NCBI GenBank assembly: GCA_951406725.2
Contig: OX597818.1
Coordinates: 17,174,001-17,238,000 of the forward strand
Origin: Octopus vulgaris
Taxonomy: Eukaryota
Length of the DNA stretch: 64,000 nt
Direction: 5' to 3'
The notes under the pieces were generated by a model. The model saw only the letters and a list, made by a program, of their open reading frames with translations, was not told where the DNA came from and searched no databases. The translations under genes were made by a program, and so were the position numbers. This document shows positions 15,424 through 30,218 of this stretch, in pieces; position 1 is the first letter of the stretch; each line of letters opens with the position of its first letter.

Positions 15424-15556
15424 ATGCCGACTTATAATTTGTTCTATTTTAATGGTCGCGGTCGTGCAGAAATTTGTCGAATTCTGTTTGCAGCCGCCGG
15501 TGTCCATTATACCGACCGAAGGATTAAAATCTCAGAATGGAACCGTTTCAAAAACA
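15424..15556 (+). CDS. S-crystallin (GST sigma-like) coding exon 1
   Basis: [27 protein letters not shown]...EWNRFKN with catalytic Tyr8, Arg14 and Trp39. Donor GTCAGT at 15557, phase 1. Confidence 0.95.
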
Positions 15557-15614
15557 GTCAGTGTTATTTACCTATCTTCACGCTTTCGCCTTCAACCATC
15601 CCTCTTTTTTCTCA

Positions 15615-15707
<93 letters not shown>

Positions 15708-15722
15708 TTTCTTTCTTCCTTC

Positions 15723-15797
<75 letters not shown>

Positions 15798-15899
15798 TCA
15801 TTCTTTCTTTTTTTTCTTTCTTTCTTTCTTTCTTTCTTGTGCACTGCAATCAATGCTGTTGTTAGTGTCGAAATAATATTTAGCATTACATTATCCACT

Positions 15900-15958
<59 letters not shown>

Positions 15959-15972
15959 TGTTGTTGTTGTTG
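15615..15972. repeat. (CTTT)n followed by (TAG)n/(TTG)n microsatellites in intron 1
   Basis: Directly visible. These generate the spurious FFLS/KKER/poly-V ORFs. Confidence 0.95.
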
Positions 15973-16183
15973 TAATGGTCGCAGCAGCACAAGCAGCAGT
16001 ATGGCCGACTGATTAAGCAGTTTGCTTTGTAATCATAAGGTCTTGGTTTTAATTCTGGTGCGCTCTATCCTGAGCAAGTCGTATACATATATACATACGT
16101 ACATACATACATACACACACATACATACATACATACATACATACATACACACACATACATACATACATACATACATACATACA

Positions 16184-16217
<34 letters not shown>

Positions 16218-16448
16218 CATACCTACATACACACACACATACATACATACATACATACATACATACATACATACATACATACGTACATACATACATACAT
16301 ATATGCATACATATATACATACATGCATACATACATACATACATACATACGTTCATACATACATACATACATACATACATACATTCACTCATTCATACAT
16401 ACATACATTCATACATACATACATTATATATACATACATACATTATAT

Positions 16449-16528
<80 letters not shown>

Positions 16529-16847
16529 CAAGGTTGCTAGTTAGAAAATCTTTATAAGAGACGAAAGTAGTAACTATACTAAGAAGTAATGTTTATCGTT
16601 ACATCAGTATGGCTATTCGACGTTACTACCGTTTTTAACCCTAAGAAAAGACTCCTGCAACTGGTTATCGATGCAATCTGCACCCGGTATATATCGCAAG
16701 TAGGGGAGTAAACCTCTACCCTCTTCTAGCAGACGATGGGATCACCAGACCGAACGGTTACAGATCATTTTTACAGTTCACAATATATAGAAAATCAAGC
16801 GACAATCAGTCACAGATCTTGCAACAAGCAAAGTAGCAGGGTGGCTA

Positions 16848-16889
<42 letters not shown>

Positions 16890-17587
16890 GAGAGAGAGAG
16901 AGAGAGAGCAAAGTGTACGTACGCCGCTATACGTTTTATATATAAAAAATACAAAACAAGCACGGAAAAAAACGGAGAATGTTACACAAATACAAATAAC
17001 AGGACATTACAACAGGTGTCTTATTTTCGTATACATTCGCTGCTTTCTTCCAAGGAATCTAATGCTCTTAGCTTAGTTTTTTCCTTGAGACTGGCCATAT
17101 TGGAGCCATCTCGAGTATAACAAGCCGAAATTGCAAAGATAATCTGGAACTCGACTGAAGAAAGAAAACTCCGAATGACTCGTCCTTGTTTTCTTTGTGT
17201 CGTCTATCTGGATGTTTTGTTGTCCCTTTTTTGTATCACCTAACTGTCAGGATGTTTTGAGTTCTAGTCCCATTTTGTATTTTTTATATAATATATATGT
17301 GTGTGTGTGTGTATCTGAACGATATATTTTTACTTCGTGTAATTGTGAAGGGAGCCTACTTTTCATTGACAACTGTGATTGTCACACGCCGATGACGGGT
17401 CAATACCCAGAAACTCGAGTCCGTGTGTATCATAAGTTGGAGACGGGAAGGATGACTTCCCTTTGCAAATACTGATAGGGCACAGAAAGTGTGTCTATAG
17501 CCAGCTGGAGGAGGTATCCTCCTGGGGCTACAAACTACAGTAGCATCCACCCCTAGGGGTTAGCTATATTTAAATGGCAGATATACG

Positions 17588-17626
<39 letters not shown>

Positions 17627-17900
17627 GCGTGTATGTATGCATGTCTGTATATGTATTTATACACATACACACCACGCACGCGCATATATATTTATGTGTG
17701 TGTGTGTGTGTGTATGTCTATGCAGGTATGTATGTATGCATATATAGCAAATACAAGGAATTATTAAATCCGTGACTGCGAGATGGATCCTGAGTCAGTA
17801 ATCCTGGCCAACAAAGAAGTGGACGATTTTCCTAAAGGAAACCATTCATAGAAACTGAAATTCTAAGAATAATAAATTAGTTGTGGAATGTAATATAATA

Positions 17901-19205
17901 TGAGGTGGTATCAAGAAGTTCATGGACTAGTTCTGTAGCATGTCAACAAATGACAGCACGCGTGCGGTTTCGTGCTTTCTGTAGCGTGCCAACAGATGGC
18001 AGCACACAGTTTCGTGCCCAGTGTGACCTTTATGAGTGATATCGCTGTGTTTACCTCACTAGCTGTGGAATTTGTGTTTTTTGTGATTACGTGTATGCTG
18101 TAGTCTGTGATGGGCAGGAAGCTGGAAAAAAGAGCCAACGTGAAATTTTGCGTTAAATTTGGGAATTCTGATACAGAGACATTGGGTATGCTTCGGCAAG
18201 CTTGCGGTGACGAGGTAATGAGTGTTTCGAGTGACACGGGAGCTTCAAAAGCGGAAGAACGTTTCTGGAAAACAACGAGCGATCTGGAAGACCTGCCACG
18301 AACGTCATCTCTGGTAATGTGGTGCAAATTCATCAGCTTAAGAATGAGGATAGTCGGTGGACTATTCACGACATTGCTGATGTTGTTGGTCTGTCGTATG
18401 TGTCTGTACAGGTAATCCTAACGTTTGAATTGAACATGCGGCATGTCTCTGTCAAGTTTGTCCCCAGCCTGCTGACCACTGAACAGAAAGAATAACGATC
18501 AGCGTGCCGCTGATGATCCATTCATCATGTCGAGGATCATCAGCGGTGACGAGAGTTGGGTCTACGGATACGACTCTGAGACGAAGCAACGGTCGTCACA
18601 ATGGAAGGGCCCTTCATCTGAACGACCGAAGAATAAGAATGCGCTACAGGGTGACAGCCCAATCAACAGCACGCTCATGTTTTTTTCTTTTTTTAACATC
18701 TGCGGTATTGTGCATCGAGGGTTCGTCCCCCAGGGTCAGGCTGTCTATCGAGAGTTCTACTGCAACGTTTTGAAACGTCTGAGGGAGGATATTCGGCGAA
18801 AACAACCGGATTCGTGGAACGCGGAGAACTGGGTTCTTCAAGATGACAATGCACCCTGTCACCGAGGTCTCCTCACTCGTGAGTTTCTCGCCAAAAACAA
18901 CATGGTATCGCTTTTGCCTCAGCTCTATTCGCCAGAATGTTCAGCCTCAGACTTTCATCTCTTTCCCAAGATGATATGGCAGCTCACAAGTCACTGTTTT
19001 AACACCGTTATCGAGATCCAGAACGAATCACAGTAAATTCTCGATTCGCTTGCGGGAACGCTGGGACCGGTGTATTGCTGCGCAAGGTGACTATCTCGAA
19101 GAAGATGATGTTAAAACTTAGTTAAATAAGTTATATTTTTTTTTTATTAAACTTCGGTAATTAATTTTTTCTTTTTAGCAAACATAACTAGTCAAGGAGC
19201 TTTTT
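17901..19205 (+). mobile_element. Decayed mariner (Tc1/mariner, DD34D-type) transposon
   Basis: N-terminal EKRANVKFCVKFG; catalytic IISGDESWVYGYDSETKQRSSQW, LQDDNAPCH and YSPECSASDFHLFPK; frameshifts. Left end follows TA; partial right TIR AACTAGTC at about 19186. Confidence 0.9.
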
Positions 19206-19327
19206 AGAATTTTGAGCAGTAAATTTATACTTCAGTTTCGTACATTCAATGAGCTAATAAATCCCTTTAAAATATTTGAAACTGAAATTCCAATTCCGTT
19301 TTTTATGAATATTTTATTATTTTTCAG

Positions 19328-19423
19328 AGATGAATTTCTCAATACTTCCCGTTCTACAGATTGATGGCGAGACACAAATTCCTCAAAGTATGGCTATTGC
19401 TAGGTACCTTGCTAAGGAATTCG
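19328..19423 (+). CDS. S-crystallin coding exon 2
   Basis: Acceptor TTTTCAG. Encodes (K)[31 protein letters not shown](G) with the LP and QS glutathione-binding motifs. Donor GTAAGT. Confidence 0.95.
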
Positions 19424-19745
19424 GTAAGTTGTTTACTAAACCTGAAAAGAGTAAGATGCATTCATATGCATGCAAGCATACATTCATACATACATACATA
19501 CATACATACATACATACATACATACATACATACATACATACATACATACATACATACACACACACATACATACATACATACATACATACATACATACATA
19601 CATACATACACACATATATACATACATACATACATACATACGTACATACATAAATGCACACAAACACTTAGATCAAGTGAGCATGTATATATTTCCACAT
19701 ACATATATTCAAGAAGTCTAGCATGTAGTATGTGTATATACAAAA

Positions 19746-19890
19746 GGTGGCGAGCTGGCAGAATCGTTAACACACCAGGCAAAACGCTTAGCGGCATTTC
19801 GTCCGTCTTTACGTTGTAAGTTCAGCCTTTCATCGATGTTATTGACTTATTCCCACCCCCGAACTTACTGGCCTTGTGCCAACATTTGAA
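19746..19890 (+). mobile_element. SINE-like family D (GGCGAGCTGGCAGAA...GAGTTCAAATTCCGCC)
   Basis: Copies at about 28192-28392, 28660-28780 (-), 31975-32290, 48810-48985 (-) and 49430-49630, plus a tandem run at 51482-52140. Confidence 0.7.
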
Positions 19891-19897
19891 ACTAATA

Positions 19898-20418
19898 CCG
19901 TAAATCTTCGAGTATAGTCCGCCATGAGATTAATACGCAGGTGATTTTTAGAGGGCTGTACCTCTGAAAAACCTAAACCTTGTGTATAATACGTCCCCCT
20001 TCTCTAACTTGAGTCGTGCGTAATTAAGCCAGCAGTACCTAGTCGAACAAATACTTCCGCGCATGCGTAATACAATAATGGTGATGTTCTTAACTGTTAT
20101 ATGGGAATATAAATATGTTTGCAAATTGTTTTTGTTACATGTTATTCTGTGTTCTGAATACTTTTATTTTAATAAATCTTGCTTACTGCAAGTTATGGAT
20201 GATTCTTTTATGACTTCATTGCTTTCAGGCTTAGCTTAAGGTATTTTTGCGCCCGACATCACAAAATGCGTCTGAATAAAAACTGCCGGACATCAAATAG
20301 AGACTCGGACATTGTTTAGAAAATATTTTTCATTTTTGACCTTGTATATAGTACACACTAGGGATTTTGACCTTTAAATCTTTGGAAAACAATACGGATT
20401 ATACTCGAGGATTTACGG
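19898..20418. mobile_element. TcMar/pogo-type MITE
   Basis: TIRs CCGTAAATCTTCGAGTATAGTCCG and CGGATTATACTCGAGGATTTACGG, flanked by TA on both sides. Confidence 0.85.
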
Positions 20419-20473
20419 TATGTGTGCGTATACACAAATATAGACATTTAGATATCTGTTTATGTGCTCTATA

Positions 20474-20656
20474 CCCTGCTCCGCAACCGGTATGCCACGG
20501 CACATTGGTGTACCACGAGACGATGCTAGTTATGCCACAGGGTAACCTGAATATAATTTTTCCCTATACTTTTAGTTATATTTTTAGTTCAGGTGTGCCG
20601 CCATATTTTGAAAAAAATATATGTGTGCCGTAAGTGAGAAAAGGTTGCGGAGCGCT
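20474..20656. mobile_element. Short hAT-like MITE
   Basis: Ends GCTCCGCAACC and GGTTGCGGAGCGCTG; internal GTGTGCCG repeats. Confidence 0.5.
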
Positions 20657-21618
20657 GCTCTATACAGAAATCAAAAGATACAGGTCCACTTATGTAATAA
20701 AATCCATGCAGGCACCTATGTATGCGTATGCGCCTACATATCTATATATATTGTTTCATATATGCGTACATGTGTATTTGCATACAAGTGTACATACATA
20801 CATCGTAATATATACATGCATACTACAAACGATCACAACTTTGCCGTTGGCCGATCAAAATTAACTTTAAATTAAAAAGAGAAAAGAACGTTTTTATATA
20901 TAAGATTACCCATATACAATACAATACAATACAATATAAGATTATGTTGCTTAAATTCCAACGAAAGAGTCTTATTTCTCGGCTGATAGTTGTTGACAAA
21001 CAACGGCAGTAATTTTATTTTGCTGAATACACGTCATTGATTGGTTGAAATTGCCGAAATACTACAACTTTAACGTGAAATAACTTCGTAAAAACGCTAA
21101 GAGTAAAAGATGTTTTATATGACACATTCTACCAGTTTCCGAAGTTTGAAAGTGTTTAGTTACAAAAAATTATTTTTAAAAATCTGTCGATCAAAAGGTA
21201 AAGACCCTTCGCGTGATTGCTGTATTGGTTGTACGTGTATGTTATACACACATTTTATATTGGATGTATGTATTTACAATGATAAAGTCGGGTTAAAATT
21301 AATAGTAATTAGGTAATTTATGTGTATGCGTGCAAGTGTGCGCTTGTGTATGCGTGTGTACGTATGTGTGTATGTGTGCGTGCGTATGCGTGTGTGTGTG
21401 TGTGCGAGTGCGAGTGTGTGAGTGTGTGTGTGTTTGTTTGTTTGTGTGTATGTTTGTGTGGTGTATTAAATGGAGATCGTGTGTATATGGGCGTTTTGTG
21501 AATGTGTTCTTGAAGTGTGTAATGCGTTTGTTTGTATGAGTGTGTGAATATGAACATGTTTGTATTTATTCATGAGTGTGCATACACCACTGGGAGAAGT
21601 TATGTCTGTGGAGAGATA

Positions 21619-21663
<45 letters not shown>

Positions 21664-22209
21664 AAGAAAGAGAGAGAATGGGTGTGGTTGTGTTGAGTGT
21701 TTGTGAAAGGTTTTTCTCGATATGATAGCCATAGTTGAGTCGATGTATTGTGTGGATTAATAGGTTAATTTGCCTTTTTCTTTTATTGTGTGCTGACAGC
21801 ATTGAGAGTACTCTGTACTATAAGCAACAATGTTGGGTGGTTGCATCTGCAATGGGTTATGGTATATGTGCAGGTACACAATAGGGCTGAATTACAGCTT
21901 AGCCACTGTAGCGTAAACCAGGTGGTCCTGTTCGTCTCGAGTGACGCTTTTATGGAATGGGGTGAATGGGTGAGGTGGAACTTTTAGGTCTGCTGTATAA
22001 ACATGTATAGGCTTAAGGACCAGGGAATAAGCCGCAAATACAATTGCTGGCCAAAGCGGCGCATACTATGCGCCGCATGGACCAGCACACCACAGCTTAA
22101 CCGCATATACATTCACTAGAAACCCATTGTCGCAATATTGGCCAAAACAAAGTGCACATGTACGCACATATTCTAACATACAAATAGCCTTTTACCAACA
22201 AGCAGAGCC

Positions 22210-22257
<48 letters not shown>

Positions 22258-22745
22258 CATACATTCAGACATACAAAGAAACACATGCACACTCGCGCGC
22301 ACACTCGCGCGCACACTCGCGCGCACACACACTCGCGCGCACACGCACACACACACACACACTCGCGCGCGCACACACACACACACATACGTGAACTATA
22401 AACTTTTATCATAAGCACACTTATAAAACTGTTAATTGACCTGAACCTTAAACTCTACTTCATATATTATCTTACTGCTTTATCGTTTAACAAGTCCCAA
22501 CACTCCTAAACCTGATATACATTACGCTATATACGCATTCAAATACATGCACGTATATATACACACATACATGTTAACGATATATTCCATATATATATTC
22601 TCAGATACGCATGCACATTATGCCTGCGCAGATTAGTAAATACTGAAGAGGTACACGGGCCATAATCGGACATACGCGTGTGCACCCTCCACACATACAT
22701 ACATACACACACACACATACATACATACATACATACATACATACA

Positions 22746-22778
<33 letters not shown>

Positions 22779-22939
22779 GCATACATACATCCATACATAC
22801 ATACATGCGTACGTACAGGAAATCACTAATAAGTATATTCATGAGTACTATGGATGGTCCGATTGAGTGAAACCGCCGAGTTGTCTGATAAAAATAGGCC
22901 CATTGCTTACTAAAACATAATCTACATACAGTACACAAA

Positions 22940-24960
22940 CTGTCTCAGCCAATTCCTCAAGAAGCATTGTGAATCCAACAACCTAGTTACCGATGAGCAG
23001 GCCTGTGGAAAGAAAGGAGTGTGGGGATGTATCGATAAGCAACACTGTACTCTCTGAGTTAAATAAAATAAAAAAAATATATGGTTTAATTCTGGGAAGG
23101 CATTCGACTCTATTCACCACTCATAGCTGCTGAAGTGTCTTCATTTAGCAAAAGAGGCTGCTACCTTAATTACAGCCATTTGGAGGCTCATAAAGATCTG
23201 AGCCACAATCCTCACACCTAGAACAGAGAGTAGAACGAGCGTCTCCTATACCATAAATATTCCAGGGAGATAGTCTATTTGTACTTCTGTTCATTTTGGC
23301 GTTAAACCCATTATTATTCCTGTTACAAAAAACAAACGGCTACATTCTATGGTCTGAAACTGAAAGAGATATTAATGTAACCCCTAATTTCTTTGTGGAT
23401 GGCCTCAAGATTAAAAATGTTAGCAATGGCAAAAACAACTGGAATTAATAACATTTTCAGCTGACATAGGAAATGAAATTTGGCCAGAAGAAATGTTCTT
23501 ATTTGGTTGTTGAACCGGAAAAATCAGTATCCCAGACAAAACCTTTGCATCAATGGTCTCACTATCTTCCCTGTCCCACACAAAGAGTGGTACAAGTAAC
23601 TAAGCATTGATGAAAATATATCATACTAAGATACTGTGAATAAAGACAGAGTAACCCAAGGAAATTATACCAGACCAAGACAATATCCCACGATGCATTT
23701 TCGGTACCAGTGCTGATTCCAACATTTGGGATACTTGACTGGTTTGTATAAGAAATCCACTCCATAGACATTAAAACCTGCAAGATTCTAACTTCAGCTG
23801 GAAATCTCTACAAAAATAGTGATATCGATAGGGTCTACCTAAAAAGAGATAAAGGAGGAGGGGCTTGAGATCAGTGCAAACAGCCTTTGAATGTCACATA
23901 GCCTCTCTCAGAAATACTTGCTAAACAACAGCAGCAAAATAAATACATTAACTTAGAGCTGAAAAGTGAAGAGAGCAGTATCCTACGTGTTGGAAGTGAG
24001 TTTCTTTGGAAGTAATCTCTTCTTGATCACCTCCCGTACAACCCTAAATCAGCTGGACCAGTATATCTCAAAGACCTGGAGGTGGAATGATCAGCATAGC
24101 AAAAGAAGATAATGCGTGGATATGTTTCTCGTAGACTTGAAGAAAATAGTAAGATTGTTGACATGAAGCGAGGCCTTTCTTGGACTCGTGACTGCTATAT
24201 CACATCACACTCCAAAGGCTATGCATTTGCAATCCAAGAACAGGCGATTGCTACTAAATACCAAATGAACAAAAGAGACGGTGAAGCCCTTGGAGTTCCA
24301 AGATGCAACCGTAAATGTAGATTATGTTATATTTTCATGTGAAAGACATCATACATGTGGTTAACAGCTGCCAAAAACTGTCATCAAAAACTTCCCTAAG
24401 CGACATGACGTTCTTCGGAAAAAGAGACTGTCCTGGAAAAATATAGAGAATCCTCCTGTTATAGGATATGTATACAAATATTAGTAGAAGAAATACTGGT
24501 GGAACATTCCCATCAAAACATCTGTCAAGTGTAAGCATAACAAACTGCTTAATATTGTTTGGGACATACAAGAAAAAGTATGTATTGTCAGAGAGGTCAA
24601 CTGTCCTGCTGATGTCAATTTCTCTTTGAAAACCAGAGAAAGAAGATAATTATGGACAACTACGTCGAAACCTCCAGCTTCTATATCTGGATTACAAATT
24701 TACATTTAACCAATAATAATTAAAACAATTGGTTTTGTAAGTAAATGCCTAAATGATAGTCTGGATGAGCTTGAATTTTCAGAAAAAGAAATCAACCAAT
24801 TGATTCACACATTACAAATCCAGTCTGTAAGCGGAAAAGTAAAACTATGCAAGACTTTTCTCAGGTTGAAAATGTGACATTGTTTTCGTTACCTACATTC
24901 CAAAGACGGTGCTTTGTTATCTTTGTTAGAAACTACCTCCTTCTTCAGAGGTAAAATATA
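22940..24960 (+). mobile_element. Decayed non-LTR retrotransposon with restriction-like endonuclease (R4/NeSL/CRE-like)
   Basis: Fragmentary frames give FQGDSL, NFFVDGLK, FGQKKC, VPVLIPTFGILDW, SDIDRVYLKRDKGG, a CRLC zinc knuckle, RHDV, YWWNIP and LQIQSVSGKVKLCKTFL. Confidence 0.8.
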
Positions 24961-25322
24961 AATGATTAAAAACAGAAGTGACAGATTCATATACCAACAA
25001 CGAAACAGACCTTAAGCCAAAACACATATATTACCCCGAAACAAACTACACCATGCCAAAATTATACTTACCCGGGCATAAACTTAAGAACATGCGTGCG
25101 CACACACTCACACAAACTATAATATGTGACGCTGGTCTCTCCTGGCTACCCATTGTATATATATATGTACTCAATACGCATGCGTACTCCATATGCATAG
25201 GAATTATTTTGCTCCCGCTGATGTGAATCCGGCGATGATCGCTGGACCCAGTCCAACTATCTTCATTGGATCTGTTTAATGGAAAGAACTTTTCATAGGG
25301 CCTTTTCCTAACAAATAAATAT

Positions 25323-25544
25323 ACACTAATCCCTCACCATATCGTGGTTCACCTATCGCGGTCTTTTATTTAAGCTTACGTCGATTCTTCTGTGGTGTTG
25401 TTTTGCATTTATGATAAAATAAATGTATATAAATTATAAAAATGATTTTAAAATATACAATACAGTACTGTTTTTCTTCGCGAATTTTCGCCTATCGCGA
25501 GGGGTTTTGAACTGTAACACCTGCGATGGTCGAGGGATTATTGT
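25323..25544. mobile_element. Tigger-like MITE
   Basis: Imperfect TIRs CACTAATCCCTCACCATATCG and CGATGGTCGAGGGATTATTG with TA flanks. Confidence 0.55.
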
Positions 25545-25687
25545 AATCATTCTACTTTCTCTCTCTTTCTTCTCTTCCCCGCTGTGTGTGTATGTATGGG
25601 TGTATGTAGGTGTGTATTTATGCATTTTATGTACATTTACACTCACACATACACACACATGATTATATGTTAATTTCTGCCACTCAG

Positions 25688-25803
25688 GTTTCCACGGCAA
25701 GAACAACGTCGATATGGCTAGAATAGAAAGCATCTGTGACTGTCTCAATGATATCTTGGACGATTACCTGCAGTTGTATTATGAGAAAAATTTCAGCAAA
25801 AAG
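25688..25803 (+). CDS. S-crystallin coding exon 3
   Basis: Acceptor CACTCAG. Encodes (G)[38 protein letters not shown]. Donor GTAACT, phase 0. Confidence 0.95.
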
Positions 25804-26042
25804 GTAACTGCTTTCTCGTTTCATTTTCTTCTGTTTAATATTTTAAAACCATTTATTCGTCCCTCAAAGAAACTCCAGTCAAACAAATTTCATCTGGTAG
25901 GTTTTATTTGACGGTTTGACATAAATAAATGTTGCTTGGTGTATGTATGTACGTACGTACATACACCAAGCAACATTTATTTATTTATATATGCACATAC
26001 GTACATACATATGCACATACGTACATACATACATGCATACAT

Positions 26043-26700
26043 ACGAAGACATTACGCATGTGATTAACAGTTGTCCTAAAATGTCATCACGGTACTACCT
26101 CCCTATGCGGCACGATGTTGTTGCTAAAACAATTTACAATGCCATCCGCAAAAAAAAAAAAGACTGTCCGGAAATAAACTTAGAAAATCCCCCTGCTATG
26201 GAATACATTCATAAACACCAACTCAAGGAATACTGGTGGAATATTCCCATCAAAACTTCTGTTAAATGTAAACATAACATGCTGGATATTTTTGATTGGG
26301 ACAGAGGGGCAAATGTATGTACCGTCATGGAGGACAGCTGCCCTGCAAATATAAATCTCTCTTTGAAAATCAAAGAAAAAGTGGATATCTATGGAAAACT
26401 GCTTCGAAACCTCCAGCTTCTGTATCCATACAATGAATTCATATTCATACCAACAATAATTGGGGCACTAGGTTTTATTAGTAAAAGCTTAAAGGAGAAT
26501 CTGGATAAACTGGGATATTTTAGCAAGAGAAATCGACCGGCTGATTCGTACATTACAAGTAAAATCTGTGAGTGGAACAGTAAAAATATGCAAGACTTTT
26601 CTCAAGTTCCAAATGTGAATTTGTATGTGTTAGCTACATCCCAAAGAAGGAGCCTTGTATCTTTGTTGGAAACCAGCTGCCTCCTCATTAAAAGAAATAA
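26043..26700 (+). mobile_element. 5'-truncated second copy of the RLE-type non-LTR retrotransposon
   Basis: EDITHVINSCPKMSSRYYLPMRHDVVAK...YWWNIPIKTSVKCKHN..DIFDWD...IPTIIGALG; homologous to 24340-24950. Confidence 0.85.
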
Positions 26701-26799
26701 TTAGAAAATGGGAGACATACATACATACATACACATATACATACATACATACATACATACATACATACATACATACATACATACATACATACATACATA

Positions 26800-27428
26800 C
26801 AGCTTAGTCAACAGGAGAAACATTCTTCGCAGTGCTTGAACCAAAGTAAAGTACCGAAAACCTTCCCTAAACCCGAGCTCTTCAAAAAGAAAGTTATGGT
26901 GACTGTTAGGTAGTATACTGCCGGACTCATTCACTATAACTTCTTAAATCTCGGAAAAACTGCAGAAACATATTGCGGTGAAATTGTCACGATAAACGAA
27001 AAGCCGCTACTCCTCCGTCCCAAAATGTTCAACAGAAGAGCGCCAATCATTCTTCATGACAATGCTCGACAACACGTTTCACTAATGACGCTCCAGAAGT
27101 TGAGGGAACTTGGCAACGAATTCTTCTCCTGCCAGCTTATACCCCAGACCTTTCTCCTACCAACTACCACTTTTTCAAGCACCTTGATGGTTTCCTGCGA
27201 GAGAAGGAGTTCAGAAATCAAGCCGATGCTTAAAGTGCGTTCAAAGAATTCAGCAGTTCCGGAACTCCAGATTTTTATGTTACTGGAATAAAGAAACTTG
27301 TAACTCGTTGGCAAAAATGTGTTGATTGTAATGGTACTTACTTTGATGAATAAAATTTCCACATTGTTGAAATAAAGTGTGATGAATTTCACGTTTCAAA
27401 ACGTTTCTTACTTTTTACTCAACCTGAT
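26800..27428 (+). mobile_element. Mariner transposon 3' fragment
   Basis: IILHDNARQH, YTPDLSPTNYHFFKHL, GIKKLVTRWQKCVDCNGTYFDE*; TIR-like end TTACTCAACCTGA. Confidence 0.85.
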
Positions 27429-27490
27429 ATATTATACATACATACATACACACACATATATATACATATATATGTATATGTATATATATG

Positions 27491-27559
<69 letters not shown>

Positions 27560-27830
27560 AACCGGTGTTAATAAGCTTTGCGTAAACCATGGTCCGTTTT
27601 GTTCTCTTATTTGTTCTCTTTATTATCATCTTATAATCATCTCATAATAATGACTTTTATGACTCGTATTACTACCTCAGTCAATCTAAATGTATATATT
27701 TGTCGTTACCTGGCATAAATAGCCTTTTTCTATTTGCAATATGCATTTTCGTTGATTTTTCATATTTTACCCTTACATTTCCACGTGTATTTTATATTTT
27801 CTTTTCGTAACATATTTCTACTATATATAT

Positions 27831-27910
<80 letters not shown>

Positions 27911-28506
27911 TTGTATATATAGGCGCAGGCGTGGCTGTGTGGTAAGAAGCATGGCCACAGTCAGATGACTGGAATAAATAAAAGAATAAAAGAAAAAAGA
28001 ATGTATTATATATATTACAACCCAACGTCAGTGTGTGTGTGTGTGTGTGTGTGTGTATGACTGACATTCGGTCACTCCGCTCGATTTAAAATACAACCCA
28101 ACATCTGTGCGTGTGTGTGTACGTATGTGTGTATGTGTGTGTGTGTGTGTGACTGTATTATGTATATATCAAGACTATATTAGGTATATATCAGAAACGT
28201 TAGCACGTCGGGCGAAATGCTTAGCGATATTTCGTCTGTCTTTACGTTCTGAGTTCAAATTCCGCCGAGGTCGACTTTGCCTTTCATCCTTTCGGGTGCG
28301 ATAAATTAAGTACCAGTTGCCTACTGGGGTAGATCCAATCGTCTGACCCCCCACTCCTCAAAAATTTCGGGCCTTGTAACTAGAGTAGAAAAGTATATTA
28401 TGTATTTATTGATTTTCCCTAAAGTTAGGAAGAAACAAATTTGGTGGGACACTATTCTGTAGGTATCCCATAAGTGTAATATATCGACACACACATTAAC
28501 GTGTCG

Positions 28507-28599
<93 letters not shown>

Positions 28600-28789
28600 T
28601 ATGTGTGTGTGTGTGTATAACTGTAATAATCTCTATTGATATTGCTATAAGTACTCTTTTCTGCTCTAGGTACAAGGCCCGAAAGTTTGGGGGAGGGACC
28701 AGTCGATTAGATCGACCCCAGTACGCAACTGGTACTTAAATTATTGACCTCGAAAGGCATGAAAGGCAAAGTCAACATCTGCTGTCCAA

Positions 28790-29550
28790 TGAAACAAGAC
28801 TTGTCAAGAAATTAATGAGAAATCCCATAGAGATCACAATAATTTCTGACTGCGGAAAAGGCGAAGATGTTTTTATTCCACGCTTTCCTTTAATACCTTC
28901 CAATATGCCCTTCGAATTCAAACGACTTCAATTTCCAATACGTCTGTCTTTTGCAATATCCATTAATAAGTCCCAAGGCCAGACTTTGAAAGTTACTGGT
29001 TTGAGATTAGAAGAGGACTGTTTCTCATACGGTCAGTTATATGTTAGGACATCCAAAGTGTGGTGCAAAAGTAATTGTTTCATTTTTGCACCTACTGGTA
29101 AAACCCTAAAGACGTTTTTACCATGAGATCAACAAACTAAAATTTGAAGAATGATTAATAAACTTGAAGTGATATTATTAACGTTACACTATATTCGTCT
29201 AAGAAAAGCTATTTGTATTTTTGTTTGTTGAAATACTTAAGTTCAATAAGTTATAGTACAAACTTTTTTATTTTTCTTCAAACTTTTATTTACTTATCTT
29301 GTATTAGTCACAAGCCAAAGTTTGTCCGATGTTTGCTTCATTTATAGACTGAAATACTATAGATCATAGATCAGAAGTTTATATGCACCCATGATAATTT
29401 TGGCCAGAAGAAAACAGCTCTATCGTCTACATGAAAGTTAACAACCATTTTTTATATATGTTCAATACAATCTAAGTGAATAGCTTTGAATATTCATAAT
29501 ACAATTTTGGAAGCTTTTTCAACCCAGTCAATGAAGGGTATTTCTGCTAG
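28790..29550 (+). mobile_element. Helitron 3' fragment (Pif1-like helicase C-terminus)
   Basis: GKGEDVFIPRFPLIPSNMPFEFKRLQFPIRLSFAISINKSQGQTL...CFSYGQLYV. Weak hairpin, then CTAG at 29547-29550. Confidence 0.85.
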
Positions 29551-29556
29551 AGTATA

Positions 29557-29604
<48 letters not shown>

Positions 29605-29690
29605 CGTGTGTGTGTGTGTGAGCGTGTGTGTGTGTATGTATGTATGAATATATACATATATATATATATATATATTTATTATATAGAAGG

Positions 29691-29741
29691 AGCTTCTACA
29701 GGACTAGTACTGTTTCATTCAAGAGAAATCTTCAGGAAGCT
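29691..29741 (-). ncRNA. Type I hammerhead ribozyme motif (antisense arm copy)
   Basis: Exact reverse complement of 31501-31551. Confidence 0.75.
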
Positions 29742-30176
29742 ATTTAACAAGAATTGTATTAGCATTTATACATTTAGGCAGGTTTAAAGGAGTGGTGGTG
29801 GGGGACTTTTTGGGGGTAGGCATAGCGCAAAATATCATACTTGGGGGAGTGGTCAAGGAGTCAGTGGTAAGTTAGATGAAAGAATAGATAAATAAAAAAA
29901 TAAAAAAATAAATAAAAAATAAAAAATAAAAAATAAAATATAAAAAAATAAAAAAATAAAAAAATAAAATAAAAAAATAAAAAAATAAAAATATAAAAAA
30001 TATATATATAAAAAATATATATATAAAATATATATATAAATATAAATATAAATATAAAAAAATATATATATAAAAAAAGGGGGGATAGAGTTATAGGTAA
30101 ATAAGGAGATTCTCACTTATACCTATACACACATGTATACGTATCTACACACACACACATACATACACATATATAT

Positions 30177-30218
<42 letters not shown>

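Noticed and set aside
15557-15876. Extension of the 15424 ORF to 150 aa
   Set aside because: Read-through into intron 1 (CTTT)n. GST homology stops at the GT donor at 15557.
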